The notes under the pieces were generated by a model. The model did no database searches. It saw nothing but the letters and a program-made list of their open reading frames with translations, and was not told the origin of the DNA. From the NCBI GenBank assembly GCA_002633005.1, contig NMRA01000292.1, positions 333,328 to 397,327 on the forward strand: a stretch of DNA of 64,000 nucleotides, in the 5' to 3' direction. The DNA is from Phoronis australis. Lineage: Eukaryota; Animalia; Phoronida. The translations under genes were made by a program, and so were the position numbers. Shown here one piece after another: positions 38,291-52,834 of this stretch. Positions within the stretch are counted from its first letter, which is position 1; each line of letters starts with the position of its first letter.

Positions 38291-41200
38291 CGGTGGGGAA
38301 GCGCAATTAACAACGACTTTCTGTCAAATGGTCAAATATAACTAGGATACACTGGTGTTTTGTTAAAGGCACATTATCGATTTTACGACCGGAAAATGCA
38401 TAATGGGTTGTTGTTGGATGGTATAGACTTCTTGAAGTAATTAGCTCTTTGACAAGAGCTATAAAACAACAAAATCCGTTTTGTTTTTGTGATTTTGATA
38501 AAGAATCTCCAGTTCTTGCCATCGTCATTCAGACATAAGCTGTACAATGCAACAAGCAGATACAATGCCTCTTGGCAATTTCTGGGTGTGTATATTTATT
38601 GTACTGAATATTTCATAATAAACATAACGTCAAACCCATTGTCTCTCCCGTCAGAATACGCTTAAAATATTCTGCTGTTTAATAACTTGGGTTTGATTCA
38701 GCGACATGACGTTAGCCTACAGCTACAGCGGTACCTAGGCAGAGCTTTTGTAGACGTAAGAATCTCATTCAGGAACGTAGTATAATCACTTGCTTCGCTT
38801 GCAATACATGGCGATATCTCGCACGTATAGTTACGTTTTCACGAGATTCTCGCCGCTACGCAACGCACGTCTGGTCCGATTTTGCGCTGTGGCTCGTTTC
38901 AGTAAAATTATTTTCTCACCGATAGTACCCCCTTAAGAGATTTTAGTTGGACTCCCTAAACCTGTTCCCAGGCTATGAACTGCCGTGACCTGTACGAATG
39001 TGTTATGGCCTAAGCCTTGTCATTAAAACTAGAAAGTGAGATCTGAAAAGTCTGATCCGAAAAGATGAATTATGGGTGATGAAAACTTCTGAATTTTTCA
39101 CTCGGAAAAATGAAGTGAACTTTTCATGTTTGGCAGCCAAGCTCGCATTCCTAAAAGTTTTAATAGCAACAACCCTTTTGTAGTTCGGGTGTAGGTATAT
39201 GTGAGCGCTGGAAGTATTCAACAGGGGTAGCAAACGTGTCGAAAGTCGAAATTATTGGCCACGGGGGGACATGAGTGGCAACCTGGAGACTTTGTAATAA
39301 ATGGTATGGGCGCAAACACAAAACTGATGACACATTCGACCTGGGGGAGAGCTATTTTGCAATGAACGGGGGACCATGACCTAATTGTGCCCCAACACTC
39401 CCGTGGTTACACGGACGCTGCGACTAAAGAAAAAGTTTGCTACGATTCTTACGGGCGCGTTCCTGTGCGCGCGTGATGCAGTCGACCCAATAGTCATTTC
39501 GGATAAGCAGATCTGTCTCACCGGAAGCTTTGTTCGATGATACGACAACTGGTCTCAGAAGGACAGTTATCAGTCGATGAAGGATTGCAAACATTTCAAT
39601 GAATATGGATATTGCCTCACTTGAACACGCCCTTCTTACAAGTATGTTTGACGAAAAGGCTCTTACCAACGTTACATTTGACCAATCCAAGTTATCTTGT
39701 ACTTTTTGGATTAGTGGAAATTTGTTCGCTCGGTGCGTAACAGAATTTAATTGAATTTGTGTATAATGCTTCAGCGCTAAAACAAGAGCTATTAAACAAG
39801 TAAAAAATCTAGCCACATGTTCATGCGCGAACGTAAGCCACCGTCACCCCAGTGCACGAAGCATTGACGAACGAGGTACCAACACCTGATCGCCGAAGCA
39901 CTAACTAAGATTCCATCTCAGTATGTACAGAAGTGAATGTCTGCCGTTGTCTACACTCTGGGTGTGACCCCTGGGGACCTTACAAGGAGGCAAAAATGAG
40001 TTAGATTAGATGTGCGAGGTACCGGCCAAAACTGTCCTAAAATCGGAAATCGTGCCGTAGTGAACACCAAATGACCCATGACAGACAAATTGCACTCAAG
40101 AGAGGGTCCGCCAGAAACCCAAAAAGGCACCCCAAAAATGAGCCAGTCCATACATTCGAGGTACCACATATACACAAAACGTACCGAGAGTGGCGTACAT
40201 GAAGTAATATCTCACGAAACCTTATTCCGCGTATCGACCGATTTATCCCATGCGCTTCGAATCCCTAAGTTTCTTACACCTTTTCTGCAGACTTTTCAAA
40301 TACTTCACCCAGACTGTTCACATGGCGGATCACATCGTATATGTATGTACTTGCGCGTTAGGTTGCAAGTTTTCTCTTGTAAAAGAAACAATTTCAAAAG
40401 TAACGATTTATTTCTTGAAAAGAGGTAGCAAAGATGCAACTGTGCAGTGAACTTGTGACATCTCCTGGATATAGTTAAAAAACAAATATATTTGATATTT
40501 TAGTTTCCTAGGAATCGGCGCCTGAGTTGCAGACGATATACATGTAGTAGTAATAGTATTCAGCAACTGAAAACTGAGACATAGGTGTCTTATAATTAAC
40601 AGTTTTGTTCCAGATTTTACGTTTAGGGCCTGGTTGCATGTCGAGTGTTAGTTACACTGCTGCAACTGTATTACTTTAAACCATATTCGGAAAGTTTGAT
40701 GATCGAACCGGCTGAAGACGTCGAGTCGACATTGACCTACCTTTCGAATTTTCAGAGGTCGCGGTTGAAGTAGTGCGGGAGGTGAATACGGAACACTTTA
40801 TTACATGGCCGTATTTCCCTCGACAGATTCAACGCGCATGGGATAAAAAACAATTCCATATGGTTCAATACATGCCACCAACCACTAATTTCCCATGACA
40901 GACAAAATACACTCTGGGTTGTGCCCGCCAAAAACCCTCAACAATATCAAAAACGCCATGCCACTGAAAATTTGGGCTAGGAGCATGCCACCCAAAAAAC
41001 AACCCATATTGTATCAATTTAGATCGAGTAGTTCTACTCGATAACGGCACGTTCGGTTGCATTATCTGACACCTGACGGCAGACGGAGGTGTTGAAATTA
41101 TCCAATGACGTCATTGGTTTCACACGCAGTCTGTTCAGCAGGTCACAACACAGGTTACTGGTGTCAGCTTATCGCTTGAATTCATCGTTTAACACCAAAA

Positions 41201-41454
41201 ATCCTCACACTTCGATGCAAAACCTTTAAAAATACACCGAGTTCTTATAAAAACGTGTTGTTGTATTTCGCTGTTCCCGTGATTTATTGGTATTTGGACA
41301 CACGGTAACCTACAATGCGGCAGGCCAATTTGCCAACTAGCAGGGGTTTGGGGTCTGTTCGGAGATAAATTCGAAGTATTCTTCAGTGAAATACAGACAG
41401 GAGAACCTCGAACTGAGTTGTTTAGACTTATGATTTTTTGAGTTCTAAACACAC

Positions 41455-41800
41455 AAAACGCCTGTTATCCCGGCCAGTGGCTCTGAACCCGATCAGGCCC
41501 GTCGCGGCCGGACTGACTCGTTATCCCAGTCAGTGGCTCGGAACCCGATCAGGCCTGTCGCTGCCGCCAGAACTGGCACGAACATAAACGAGCTTGAGTT
41601 TTAAACTAAATCTCCAGTCAGGAAAAGACTATAATAGTGAACCAAAGAAATAATGGAAATTAGCCACAAAACTGAAAATCTACTTACTTGTCTGGGGCCG
41701 CGATGTCGGGCTCCCCTGCCACAGACCGTCAGGGCAAAGGTTGTACAGTAACAATGACTTGAATAATGTATTTTTATTTCTAAATAAAGATTCCCCTAAC
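41455..41800 (-). repeat. Dispersed repeat, sibling of 53685-54232
   Basis: Reverse-complement colinearity (gcggcccc...agtaagtagattt...gtggctaatt...gggataacgagtca). Confidence 0.7.
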
Positions 41801-42212
41801 ATGTGACCATAGCATATAAATTCGAGTAATTGTTTCACAACAGCTTTCTGTCAGCAAACACTGAATCAGCATGCGTTCACATGGCCTCGGTGCCCGGTCA
41901 ATTACCTTTGTTGCCGGCATCAAAAGCCGATAACGCAGTGGTTTATTCATTGCTGGCTTCTCAACATTTGCACTCACGAATACTGCAAAAGCATTACATA
42001 TTGTATCTAATTAGATAGACTTTGTTTCTGTTTTATATAAGCATTGGCTAAGATGAGAATAATTCATTTTGAAACAGAACGCAGAATAATATTAACGTCT
42101 GTCAACTCGCCCGGCGCCAATCCCGACTTAGTCAAGAGCTCATCCGAAGAAGACTTCACGGATCGGATCGTTAGGTTTCACAGGCTATCAATTTCGAACC
42201 GGAATACACTGA

Positions 42213-42672
42213 TCAAGAAATACTAGAGAGGTGCCATGAACATGCACAGGCAACGCAGCGTATGAATAGTTCTTTGGTAAGCCGGAATTCGTCAGAGAAA
42301 TCACTGTCGACGAAATGTCGGCCACAGACACAGAGGTGTTTCACGGCCTCATACTTCCTATTAACAGCGTACCTTTCATTTTTCACTACCACGAGCCATT
42401 TCCTAAGCATTTCGGGCTCTCGAGGAAGTCGAAAAAACGATATACCCGCTGTCTTCGCAGCTTCATAGTTCGGACAATCGGGAACGATGCACCACGATAT
42501 AGCGGCATTCACTCTGCAGACGAACCACTGACGTCAATGCGTCGTTTCTCACCTTCCTCACAGGTTAACGCGACACCTCTCGGCAAGGTGAGGTCGACCG
42601 TATAAGAGGCGATGTGTATATAGACCGATTAAGACGGTAAAAAAGACTAATTAAATCGGGTGGCATTCTCCT
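42213..42672 (-). mobile_element. Kolobok-like element end with THAP domain remnant
   Basis: CIVPDCPN...SFFRLP...KWL...VCGRHF (THAP C2CH); terminus gcattctcct|TTAA; other end not found. Confidence 0.7.
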
Positions 42673-44779
42673 TTAAGTGATCATCGGCATGTATTGAATC
42701 ATATGGAGTTGGTTTTTTGTGGTACCTCGAATGTATGAGCTAGCTCATTTTTGGAAAGAGTCGTTTTTTAGTTTCTGGCGGGCCCTTACCAGAGTGCAGT
42801 TTGTCTGCCATGGGTCATTCGGTGTTCAGTGCGGCACAATTGTTCGTTTCAAATTAGTTTTGACCGGTACATCAAATAACTAATCTAGTTCAAATTTTCA
42901 TTAGCATGCAGTTTTTAAGATGTTTGTGGATTTCTAACGGGCACAACACAGAGTGTATTTTGTCTTGTCATTGGGAATTTAGTGGTCAGTTACATGTGTT
43001 GAATCATATGTAATTGTTTTTGTGGTGCCTCAAATGCATATTCTAGCTCATTTTGGGGGTCCCTTTTGGGTTTATGGTGGACCCTTTCCGGAGTGCAATT
43101 TGTCTGTCACGGGTCATTCCATGTTTAGTGCGGCACGATTGTTCGTTTTAAATCAGTTTTGGCCGGCACCTCGAATATCTAATCTGGTTCATTTTCGGCC
43201 CCCTTGTAAGGTCCCCAGGGGCAATAGCCAGACAGCATTCCTACATGTGTACATGTACATACTGAGGTGCACTCTAAATGCTCCAGTGATCAGATATTGG
43301 AACTTCATTCGTCTGTGATAAGTACTTTGGGCTGCCGGTCTACTTCTCTGGGACAATGTATTTCAGTATGAGTCAAAGATTTATTTACATGTACATGCAA
43401 ATAATTCAGCCCCACCCAGTGGCTAAAGCCAATTACACGCATTGGAAAATGCGCGTTTGCTGACAACAGTTTTTTAAGTCGATACCGTGTTAGGTGTATT
43501 ATCGATTTCAGACTTTGTCTGCCATGTCTGGTCGTTTTAAACGTTTTATTGACATTCGATCGATTATCGCGTTCTATGGTACACCCGATCGATACTTTCT
43601 GTCACAGCGCCACCTATACGGAAATTTGGCTCTGAAATGATGAGCGCCATACGGAATTCCGTGCGTTCGCATCAGTGTACAAGTGTGTTCTACACGTATG
43701 TTCCTGGAATGCACCAAAAAAGGTAACGTTTTTTGTTTTGTTCGACGGTTTATAATCTTGCGTACGTCAAAATTCTTGTGCAAAATGCATAGATTCAGTC
43801 TGATCTTGTCACAAAGGCATTTCTCAACACCAATCAACCGGAATGTTTGAATGCTATTTTCCAACCACTCAGAATGTCCGGATGTTACTTCGCTCTCATA
43901 AAGAATGAGAAGCTATGTAACATCACCAATCCACCGTTCTAATTCTCATAACACTGGGAAAGAATGTGAGAATGTAAGACAATAATCACGAGGTAATTTA
44001 AATAAACTTTTTACGAATGTGGTTTGTTATGTTCTGACTCGTTATTGCTCGGTTGTTACAAACATTTATCGTGTTTCCGTCCATTTCAAAAACATTGTCA
44101 TCAATTCAAAATTGAAATTACCACCATTTTTTTAGTATGAAATGAGACTTGGGATCGACAATTTGGGCCACGCTGAACTTTTGACAGATGGTGCTGCAGT
44201 AGTCTAATTATTCTCTGGCTTGTTTTTGGTTATCCCGAGTGACGTACCTGCGTAAGCGACAAACTGCGCATGCTCTGTCTATCCATCGGGTAAATATGTG
44301 ATTCTAAATTTTCGGGTTATTTTAAGAATTTTTCACATTGTTGACGCGCTTCATTTGTAGCGGTTGCGTCCACAGGGCTTTAATCACGCTTTGGCACTTT
44401 TTGTCTTTCCGCGGGAGAAGGCACTCGCCATAAAATGGTACAAGTTTTGAATGACGCAAGTGTATAGGATAAGTCAGTCCGCGACGCCCACTTCACAGTT
44501 GTTTCAAAACATACCTGGCTTATAAAAGTAGTCAGCCTCTGTTCTGTTCACGTTTCTTTCTCAAGAATTCTCGATCCCAAATTAATGAAATTATTATTAA
44601 AATGGCCACTTGCAACAACGCGACTCTTACTCCTCCGTCTTTTTTCGCTTCCGCCAAAATAAACTCTTGAAGTCTACTCTAGTTTCTAAATTGCACGCAA
44701 GTAAAACAAGGTCAAAATGTTAACTTCTGACATCTTTTCACAAATCGTATCAACTCACAGCAGAGTTACTAGGCGATGA

Positions 44780-44997
44780 TATGGCATCGAGAATAAAACC
44801 TTGTGTAGAAAATATTGACATTTTCGCATCCTGCCGACTTCTTTTATTCAATGACTTTCTGTGTTCGTTAGCAGCTGGTACAGTATTTTGGTTCATTTAG
44901 GTCTTGCAACTACCACAGGTACGACTTTAATTTGAAAATTAACTACATTGTCGAGCCTGTCTGTAAATACTTATTTACAGACAGGTTTCGTGTCTAG
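44780..44997 (+). mobile_element. Repeat with hairpin + CTAG end (Helitron-like), copy 1
   Basis: 14-bp perfect stem cctgtctgtaaata/tatttacagacagg, 8 nt before CTAG. Confidence 0.5.
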
Positions 44998-47129
44998 CGA
45001 CGCCATGCGGTTTCCTTAGGAGCGATCGTTTGGACGAGTTTTCCCTTGACGAGAGTACTCTTTGCCACATATGTTTCGCTTTACGAAAATGAATGTTTAA
45101 AATAACTATTATTATACTTGCTTATTGAAATAATGATTTCATTAGCTAATTGTCAGACTTAATTCAGTCTGCTCACCGAGATCCCCGGCCCAGGACGTCG
45201 AATGACTTCGCATTTTCTACAAAGAATTGACCATTTTCTCAATTTGAGGGCCACAGTTTGAAAGTAAAATGGGTTTTGTCAAATTACTGTCTATAAATGT
45301 TAAGTTCAGAATTGATAAATACATTTTCTTGGTAAATTAATCTGACGTGTTGAGACTACGTCAGTGGTGGTTTGTAACACTTCAAATGAACATGGTAGCT
45401 TAGTGTACGTATACTGAGAGATAAATGATCCTGTTATTGTTTAAAATAATACTAAGCGTGTTTTGGTGCTTTCAACCCAAATTGATGCTTTCTAAAAACA
45501 ATTAGTATACCTGTCTGAATTTTAAGCGCTCAACATAGTTTCAATAAACAAAATAACGACATAAACGTATTCCTTGACCATGAAATCATTTCAAAAACTT
45601 CGTTGTTTGTGTTTCAAGATCGAAGATTGTGGTGACGTTCCGATTCAGATCACATGCGGCGGCAATTTGACGGTCATCTTGGATTCTGAAAAAGTCAAGC
45701 CAGTGGCAACTGGCGACACTGTCTCATTTGAATCAGAAGATCGAGCTCTACAAGAAGTGAATGCTCTTGTGCGCAATGCTGTTCTCAGGACGAGACAAAA
45801 TGCGACAAGCTGCATTTGACACGGCGGTGGCCATTTTAAAGGCAAAGCAGGACAGCTTGTGACATGTGATGATACTAATGTTCGGAAACAAGGGATTTTT
45901 TTATTTCCATTGCCAATGCATTTGATTCAAGATTGGGATTCACCGACATCGTGTACTTGATTAGTATTTTGTGCGTGCCTGACTTGTACTCTGCCTGTCT
46001 GTCTATCGGTCTGTCTGTCTCGTAGCAGTTTTTTGATTTCTTGCATGTTGGTCAGTACTGCTCGTTGCCAAAATTCGCACACTCTGTGTAACTGTCAGGT
46101 CAAAATGCATATCTTAGGTGTTAATCCTACCCCTCGAAGTACCGTACATGTAGGCGTTTTGCACAAGCGTGTGATTTTGCGCTTTTATTGGTACAGACAC
46201 TGCTTTGGGAACAGTACAGTTTCTTACTTTAGTATGATGACGTAATTTCATACTAGTATCTGCAGAAAATAACTGGACATCATTTTGTGAAAAACTTAAC
46301 AACAAGAAATCTAGGTTCCGATTTCTAACTTGCAGCGTCTAAATTAGTCGTTTAAAACATAGAAGAGAGATTTTGTAATCAACGGCATCCGCTTACGGGT
46401 AGTCTTCCACCCTAACGTACATACAACAACGACATTGTGATAGTGCCGGTTGTCGATGTATTTTGAATTTCTAGTCCCTTGCCCAAAAGGTGAAATTTTT
46501 CTATGACCACGCAGTTCCATGCTTGCAATAGGCAAAAACATTTGGTAATAGCATAGTGTCTGTTATCGGATTGTTAGCGGATTGTAAACTGTTGTTGTGA
46601 GCATTTGAAATTGAAAATATTTATTGGTCCATACCGATGGAGTACGGCATGCCCAGTCGCCGGGATGTCTAGTATTTTTTGCTTAGGTACATTTGCTAAT
46701 TATTATTCAAGGACCTTTGTGTTGCTCCTGAATGCCAGTCACGGAGTAGGCCAATGTTAGTCACAAACCACAAGTGCTACTCAAATGTGCTGGCTTTGCT
46801 TGGTCTTTTTGCAAACAGCGGTTGTCAAAGAAATTTCACAAGAGTTCAAACCCACACCTAAACGATAAAATGAACATCTTCTACTCTGTTCACGTTTCCT
46901 GCACACGAATTAGCAACCCAAAAGTAAAGAAATTGTCGATAAAAAGACCACCTCCAAAATAGCGATTTCGATGTCTGTTTCCGCTTCCACGAGATTGAGA
47001 TGGTGAGGATCGGCCTCGTTTCCAAATCAACCAATCGCATTTAAGTGCAAACTAGGCCATTAGGCTAACTGTTGACGTCTTATGACAAATCACGACATCA
47101 ACTTACGGCAGAATAAACTCAGCGACAAG

Positions 47130-47354
47130 ATGGCGTCGGGAGCAAGCATTGTTGAATATACTGCATACTGCATACCGTCTACAAATGACTTTCTGTTTTA
47201 GTTAGGAACAGGAACTGTATTTTGCTCATTCAGGCCTTGCAACTATCACAGGTACGATTTTAATTTGCATTTTGTTGTGCAAAATTGTGTCAAACGGTTT
47301 AACAATCTTGTGCAGCTTGTCTGTATATTATTTACAGACGGGTTACGTATCTAG
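47130..47354 (+). mobile_element. Repeat with hairpin + CTAG end, copy 2
   Basis: Homologous to 44780-44997 and ends at the same CTAG. Confidence 0.5.
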
Positions 47355-47399
47355 CCAGTGTGCGTGTTACGGGGGAGTCGGAGTTCAGTGAGCCACGAT

Positions 47400-47675
47400 T
47401 GAGGACGGTGTGTTTTTGTGCTGGAACAACTAGCAAAAAAGACGGACCGCGGGAAGACTGCGACACGATGGTCGACGGGCTGTGGACGCTGTTTCGGGTG
47501 AGTTTTTGTTTTGAACAACCAATGCGGGAGCGGCTGACCGGGATAAGACCGCAACAAGATGGCCGTGGACACTGTGAGGCTGTTTTTGGATGTTTTGTAT
47601 GCTGAAAATCCACGGGAGCGGCTGACCGTGGGGAGACCGCGACAAGATGATCGACGGGCTGCGGCGGACGCTGCG
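47400..47675. repeat. Three degenerate ~100-bp GC-rich tandem units
   Basis: gggagcggctgaccg...gaccgcgacaagatg recurs. Confidence 0.55.
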
Positions 47676-47899
47676 AGTCAGTTCAGGCCCACTTCAAGAT
47701 GCCCGAGCAGTGAACTTTGAGTAAACCGAGTCAGACCATTGTTATGAGTTTATACACCACAGTTCAACTCTGCTATGTAACTTCCATTAAACAGATGCAC
47801 CTGTGACACACTCATTTGTGTTGTGAGGAATTAAAGTATTATTTAGTTCCTTGCTTTAGTTTCTCGTTTAGAATAACGTGATCCATGCCCCACTGGCCA

Positions 47900-49775
47900 C
47901 TCAATAACATAATGCAAATTTCACTTTGTTTTAGATAGTCCTTAACTGTGGCGTCATGTCACCATCAAAACTTTGTTTGGCAACATAAAGCCAGTCACGC
48001 GTTTCTTATATGTAGGCGAATCGTCTGAACTTCGCCTCCTATTCTCACGTGGCGTACAATCTGCCTCAACACTATGGCTGTTTACGCATTCATCATCGTT
48101 CATCAATCTCAATTTCAAGACTTTGCATTTCTCTTTTTGCCAGCTTTCATCGAGTGGTCTGAATAAAATGTGAGAAAAGGGCGATGTATATTTACGAACA
48201 AGAATTCATTTTTGCCACGTCGTCAAATGTGTTATTAAGCCTCAATCCGATCTTGATAACAGAGTTTGTCAAGATCCAACTTTTCATTACTACAGCTTTC
48301 ACCGTCCTTGTCGGATTCGTCAGTGTCTTATACTGATTTAGTGCAACTACTTTGGTTCGGTTTGTCTGATTTGATGACAATATAGTACCTCCGTCTATGG
48401 AAATCCACCTCTCCCTGCCTCTATAATTTTCCGTTAAGAGTCCAGGTGCGTAACCTGCTTCTGCCGATTTTAATGAGCTTGTCAATGCCGCCATGGGGCT
48501 GCTTAACGTGCATGCTTTATTCACAATCTCTTAATTCTCTTTTACTATTCCCTAGCATTCGTCCTTGCAATCGGGAACTTTTTTATTTCGCTGGAGCTGG
48601 GGATGCCTTACTAATACCTTTTCATCTACGCGGTAGAACGGTATACGCAGCTTCATAACACTGGCTGTCACCATGTGTTGGGCAAACATGTCCGACGCCT
48701 TATTTACCTCTCCTATAGTTGTTCCATTGCCTTTTTGGTTGTACACTTGGATTGGCGTCTGATAACCAAGTGCAGATTTGGAAATGACGTTGAATGCGTG
48801 CTTAACCTTTCAATCTCCAGCCTAGTGAAAACCCACATTGAGTCTTGTCTTTAAGGCAAATTTATCCCTCATGACTTCTTTGTGTGACATTTCACACATT
48901 CTTTGTGATGGGAGGTTTAGGACCTAAAATGACACACCAATGTCGTGCCTTTCCGTAGCGGTATTCCAGCTTTGCCCTTAAACTCACTTTCTTGGCCAGA
49001 TTCTATGATCTTTGGACTTGCGTGCTTCGTCCAAAGTCCTTACAACAGCTTCGTCACACTACCACAACTATCCTTTCTTACAGGAGGACGCAATAAAAGG
49101 AATCTTGGAAAATTTATCAATTGCAGATAATATGTACCTCCACTGTTTTCCTTTGTGCACCTCCTTATCGCGACTCATGTGAATTAAGTCAATCTGCCAT
49201 CGCCCATTTGCTTTGCTGGCTTGCACCGCTACCGAAGAAATTTTGTTTTAAAAACCAGGCACAAGTCTTTTGTAGATGTCGTATGGGACTGGAAGGTCCA
49301 TCAGAACCTTCGCACACGTAAATAATGCACCACTAACGTGTGCGTTCCTGGACCACACTAAATTAATTCAGTACAAAAACTACATGTTCTCTTCAAATTA
49401 TTTTGAAAAATGAAATTGATTGTTACATATTTTTCAGATGATGCACGGTAGAAAATGAACAAAAAAAAATCTAGAATATACCTGCAGAACAGGTGTTCAT
49501 CAATACCGGTAAATTAAAAGGATAATAGGTCGTCTCTTCAACGTTACAAAACATAGCTAACTGAGGGGCATCTTCACACCGTATCTACAGCTGTCCATCA
49601 ATAAATTTTAAAAATTATATACCGGCTCTTCAACGGTACTAAACATATCTGAGGAGCATCTTCAAACTAGATCTAAATTACGGAAAGCAGATATATACAG
49701 GGGTACGACAATTAATGTCGTTATATAGTACCGACATAAAATGTCGCCCGGGGCGACATTTGAGAGTTCCCTACA
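47900..49775 (-). mobile_element. Ginger-like (Gypsy-integrase-related) DNA transposon fossil
   Basis: RWQIDLIHM...YILSAIDKFSK/FLLLRP...PKIIESGQESEFKG...ALGYQTP (rve core); minus-strand terminus TGTAGGGAAC with cgaca/tgtcg subterminal repeats. Confidence 0.7.
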
Positions 49776-51059
49776 TAATGTTGTAACAAGTACCAAGCAG
49801 TTGCTCTACAGCTTTTGTAGTTCGTGCGAGGATAATTTTCAATTAAATACTTACTTTCGGCCGATAGATGTTGGTTGTCAAACCCCAATTATGTGATGAT
49901 GACCGAAGTTGAAGTCATTGTCATAGCCTTTAAGGTCGAACCCGAGTATTTGGGCATTAGTTCACTAATTATTGGGTACGAGCTTTTCAGCACCAACTAA
50001 CTGTATTGTAGGAAATCCAATTGACCCCTTCAGTCTTGGTTAAGGTCATTCATACAAAAATTCTCGTCGTTTTTATACACTACTCGTAGCTAATTTTTCT
50101 CTAAGTGTAAAATTAAGCTTTGTTGGGGCCCATTGGTTATGCCTTACGGAGCTTTTGAAAATTTATGCCGTAACGCAGAAATGGGTCAGGATGTCCAACG
50201 AAATCTGATGCCAGATGAAAGGGGTTGGAATATTTCCCCCCTGAGCTTCATCGGTGCAGTAACGCGCTTTACCACGCTTTCTGTCGACGGTGAGGAGGTC
50301 TGGAACCTTTCAAATTTTGTTTTTAATCAATTAAGGTTATTAACGAGGTGGTTAAAATAGTTTAGATTCGTTTGCATTAGCTACGAATGATGCATGTGGG
50401 TTGTTTTCTTTCAACAGTGAGATGCAGGTTTCAAAATGAATCAGGCGCTGTTCAGAGCTAATTACGATAAAGGCTTGAGCCTATAACAACAGGATGTGTA
50501 ACCGGCCTATTTAAAACTAACTTTTCTTAGCGGAGTGTATGCAATATCATCTCAGGCTTTGCTTCTGGCGCATACTTGTTTTCTAGCTGTTCAAACTGAA
50601 ACACTTTACTCTGATCAAGACGGGAGGAACGTCCTTTTAATTTTTACAGAGTTGGATACAACTCGAAGTAGATGCTATGAAATGAGCCAATCGCTAAGTT
50701 CGATGAAGCAGTTTCCATGTTGCAAATGGCTTGATAAGTCACGTAACGTGCTGAAAGTTCACCCTTCACTGGTCGTCACGCTCATTTCAGCATTTGAGCC
50801 AGATGCCAATTCCAATTTCAGCGACGTTATCGGACGAGAGTCTGTCAACTCCTGATGGACACGATGCTAGTCCATTTCAGCCATGGTTGGTAACTAATCG
50901 TGCAACTGTTCTGTTGAGCCAGCAAACCACGGCAAAACAGCTCGGACTGTGGCTGCAGAGACTGAAACAAATGGCTCCAAGCCTTAAACTCCGGTATCGT
51001 CCAAGCTCTAGCATTGCCAACACAGAGAGTCATCGTTCTACAGTAGTTCGTCAGTAAGA

Positions 51060-51331
51060 TCAGCTTATTATTGCAAAGTAACTCCACTCAGCTTGACTCG
51101 TATCAACTCCAAGGGTTGCTGCTTCAATATTTATACATTCACAATTGATCTCTCCAGGCATCGATGCGTATTTAGGTTTGAAGTTTACACACTTGGCTGC
51201 TGAAAAACTTGAGCATATTGCTAAGCACTCCAATTCTTTTTCAACCGAGATCTTATTAATCAAGTTATCTTCTTCAACAATAAGCCTCCTTTCTTTTTTC
51301 TGATGCATATGAATTCTGAAGTTCTTGTTTC
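51060..51331 (-). CDS. Gene B terminal exon: PAN-like domain
   Basis: ttttag| phase 1; ECLAIC...CVNF...NCECI...VDTSQAEWSY*; same 272-nt length as A exon 16. Confidence 0.85.
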
Positions 51332-52834
51332 CTAAAACGAAAATAAAGTCGCCAATTGACGTCTTCGGATTAAAGTCACGTTAGCGGGACACAGCACGTG
51401 CAGCGGATTCAGTTAATTACGAGAATACACAAGCAAGCATGCCTGTACAAAGGCTGATCCTGCGTGTTATGAATAGGGAGGTACAAGTAAAACGACAGGT
51501 TTCCGAAAAGAATTCTATATCACAAACAATGAGTAGAAAATCTGCAATGAAATTTAGCATCGCAAACTTTGCGTCAATGAAAAAACAAAAAGTTTCTCAT
51601 GTATTTTCCCGTGATTTTTGTTTTGCGCTATGGCAAAATTGGATGGCCGGACCCCATGTAACCAATAAAAGAGTTTGTCTACATTTCCACACTTTGTTAT
51701 ATGAGTTTTTATCATAACTCAGAAAGTTTTCTGTCTGATTAAATTGCTCAACAGCATTCATAGTGGTTTGACTAAATTCAGCTTTATTCATAAAATCCCT
51801 GGGAACTGAGTTGGGATTATATCGCTTCCATAGTGAAAAATGACCTCATAGCACCAGCCCCAGTTCCGAATTCACTGTTACCAGGAAGAGATAACCAGGA
51901 AGGGACAACTGTTTTAGCGCATTTTAACGGATATTCAAAAGTGATTTCGAAAGTAAATGTTTAAGTCGTCTGGACTCCAAGCATTGTGTTCGAAAGCTTA
52001 ACTCTTTAGCTATAAAATGACACCACTTTGGTCCCCAAAGACTGCATATTAATGGCACTAGGATGCTTTGAACATGACTTGCTTTACCCTTAAAAAGATG
52101 CCTCTTCCCAGGCATGTACTCGGGCATGATCCTCTTTTTTGAACCAGCAGATGTCACTTATATATGCAAATGAGGCTCGCATCTCCTACGTCATATGACG
52201 TCATACGATGTCATACGACGCGAACTTCCAATTTGAACCCTCCGGTGCCTATAGCGAATGACTTGAAACGCAGTTCTACCTGACTGGGCAGATCTAAGAA
52301 AATTAAGAACTCACACAAGTCAATGTTCAAAGAACATTGAATGGTTTCACATGAAAACACATTTAATTGTATTTGGATACGCTTGCATATGTGTAAGCGT
52401 GGACTTTGTCATTTTGCTTAAATCCAGATTTAGAAGCACTGAGGTACGAAATTAGCTGCTCCCGCCACGGGTGGCAGGTGTCGTGGCGTCCGAGTCGCCG
52501 GGAAGTCCGATCCATGCATGCGCAATTCGACGAACTAATGCTAGTCGCTGGTCAGCTCCGCTATGATTCATGCGCAATTCGAAGAACTAATGCTAGTCGC
52601 TGGTCAGCTCCGCTATATATGATTCATTTGAGACGTGCGGCTTAACTCGAACCTATACCCGTGTTCTGGCTCCAAGGTCGTTCTGTTTGACCCAGTTTCG
52701 GGAAAAGTTTATTTTAATACGGTCATTTCCTGAAGATTTTTTTGAAAGATATGATCCCGAAATCCTTGGCCTATAGAGCTGTATCAAAATTCATTGTTGA
52801 AACACAGCCACTGGTCCAGCTTCTGCCGCCGGGC

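Larger units (their letters stand above)
39954..43235. mobile_element. Composite foldback-like DNA element with ~210-bp TIRs and nested insertions
   Basis: 39954-40170 is the reverse complement of 43020-43235; an extra unit copy lies at 42717-42900; 40856-40930 mirrors 42940-43010. Confidence 0.6.
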
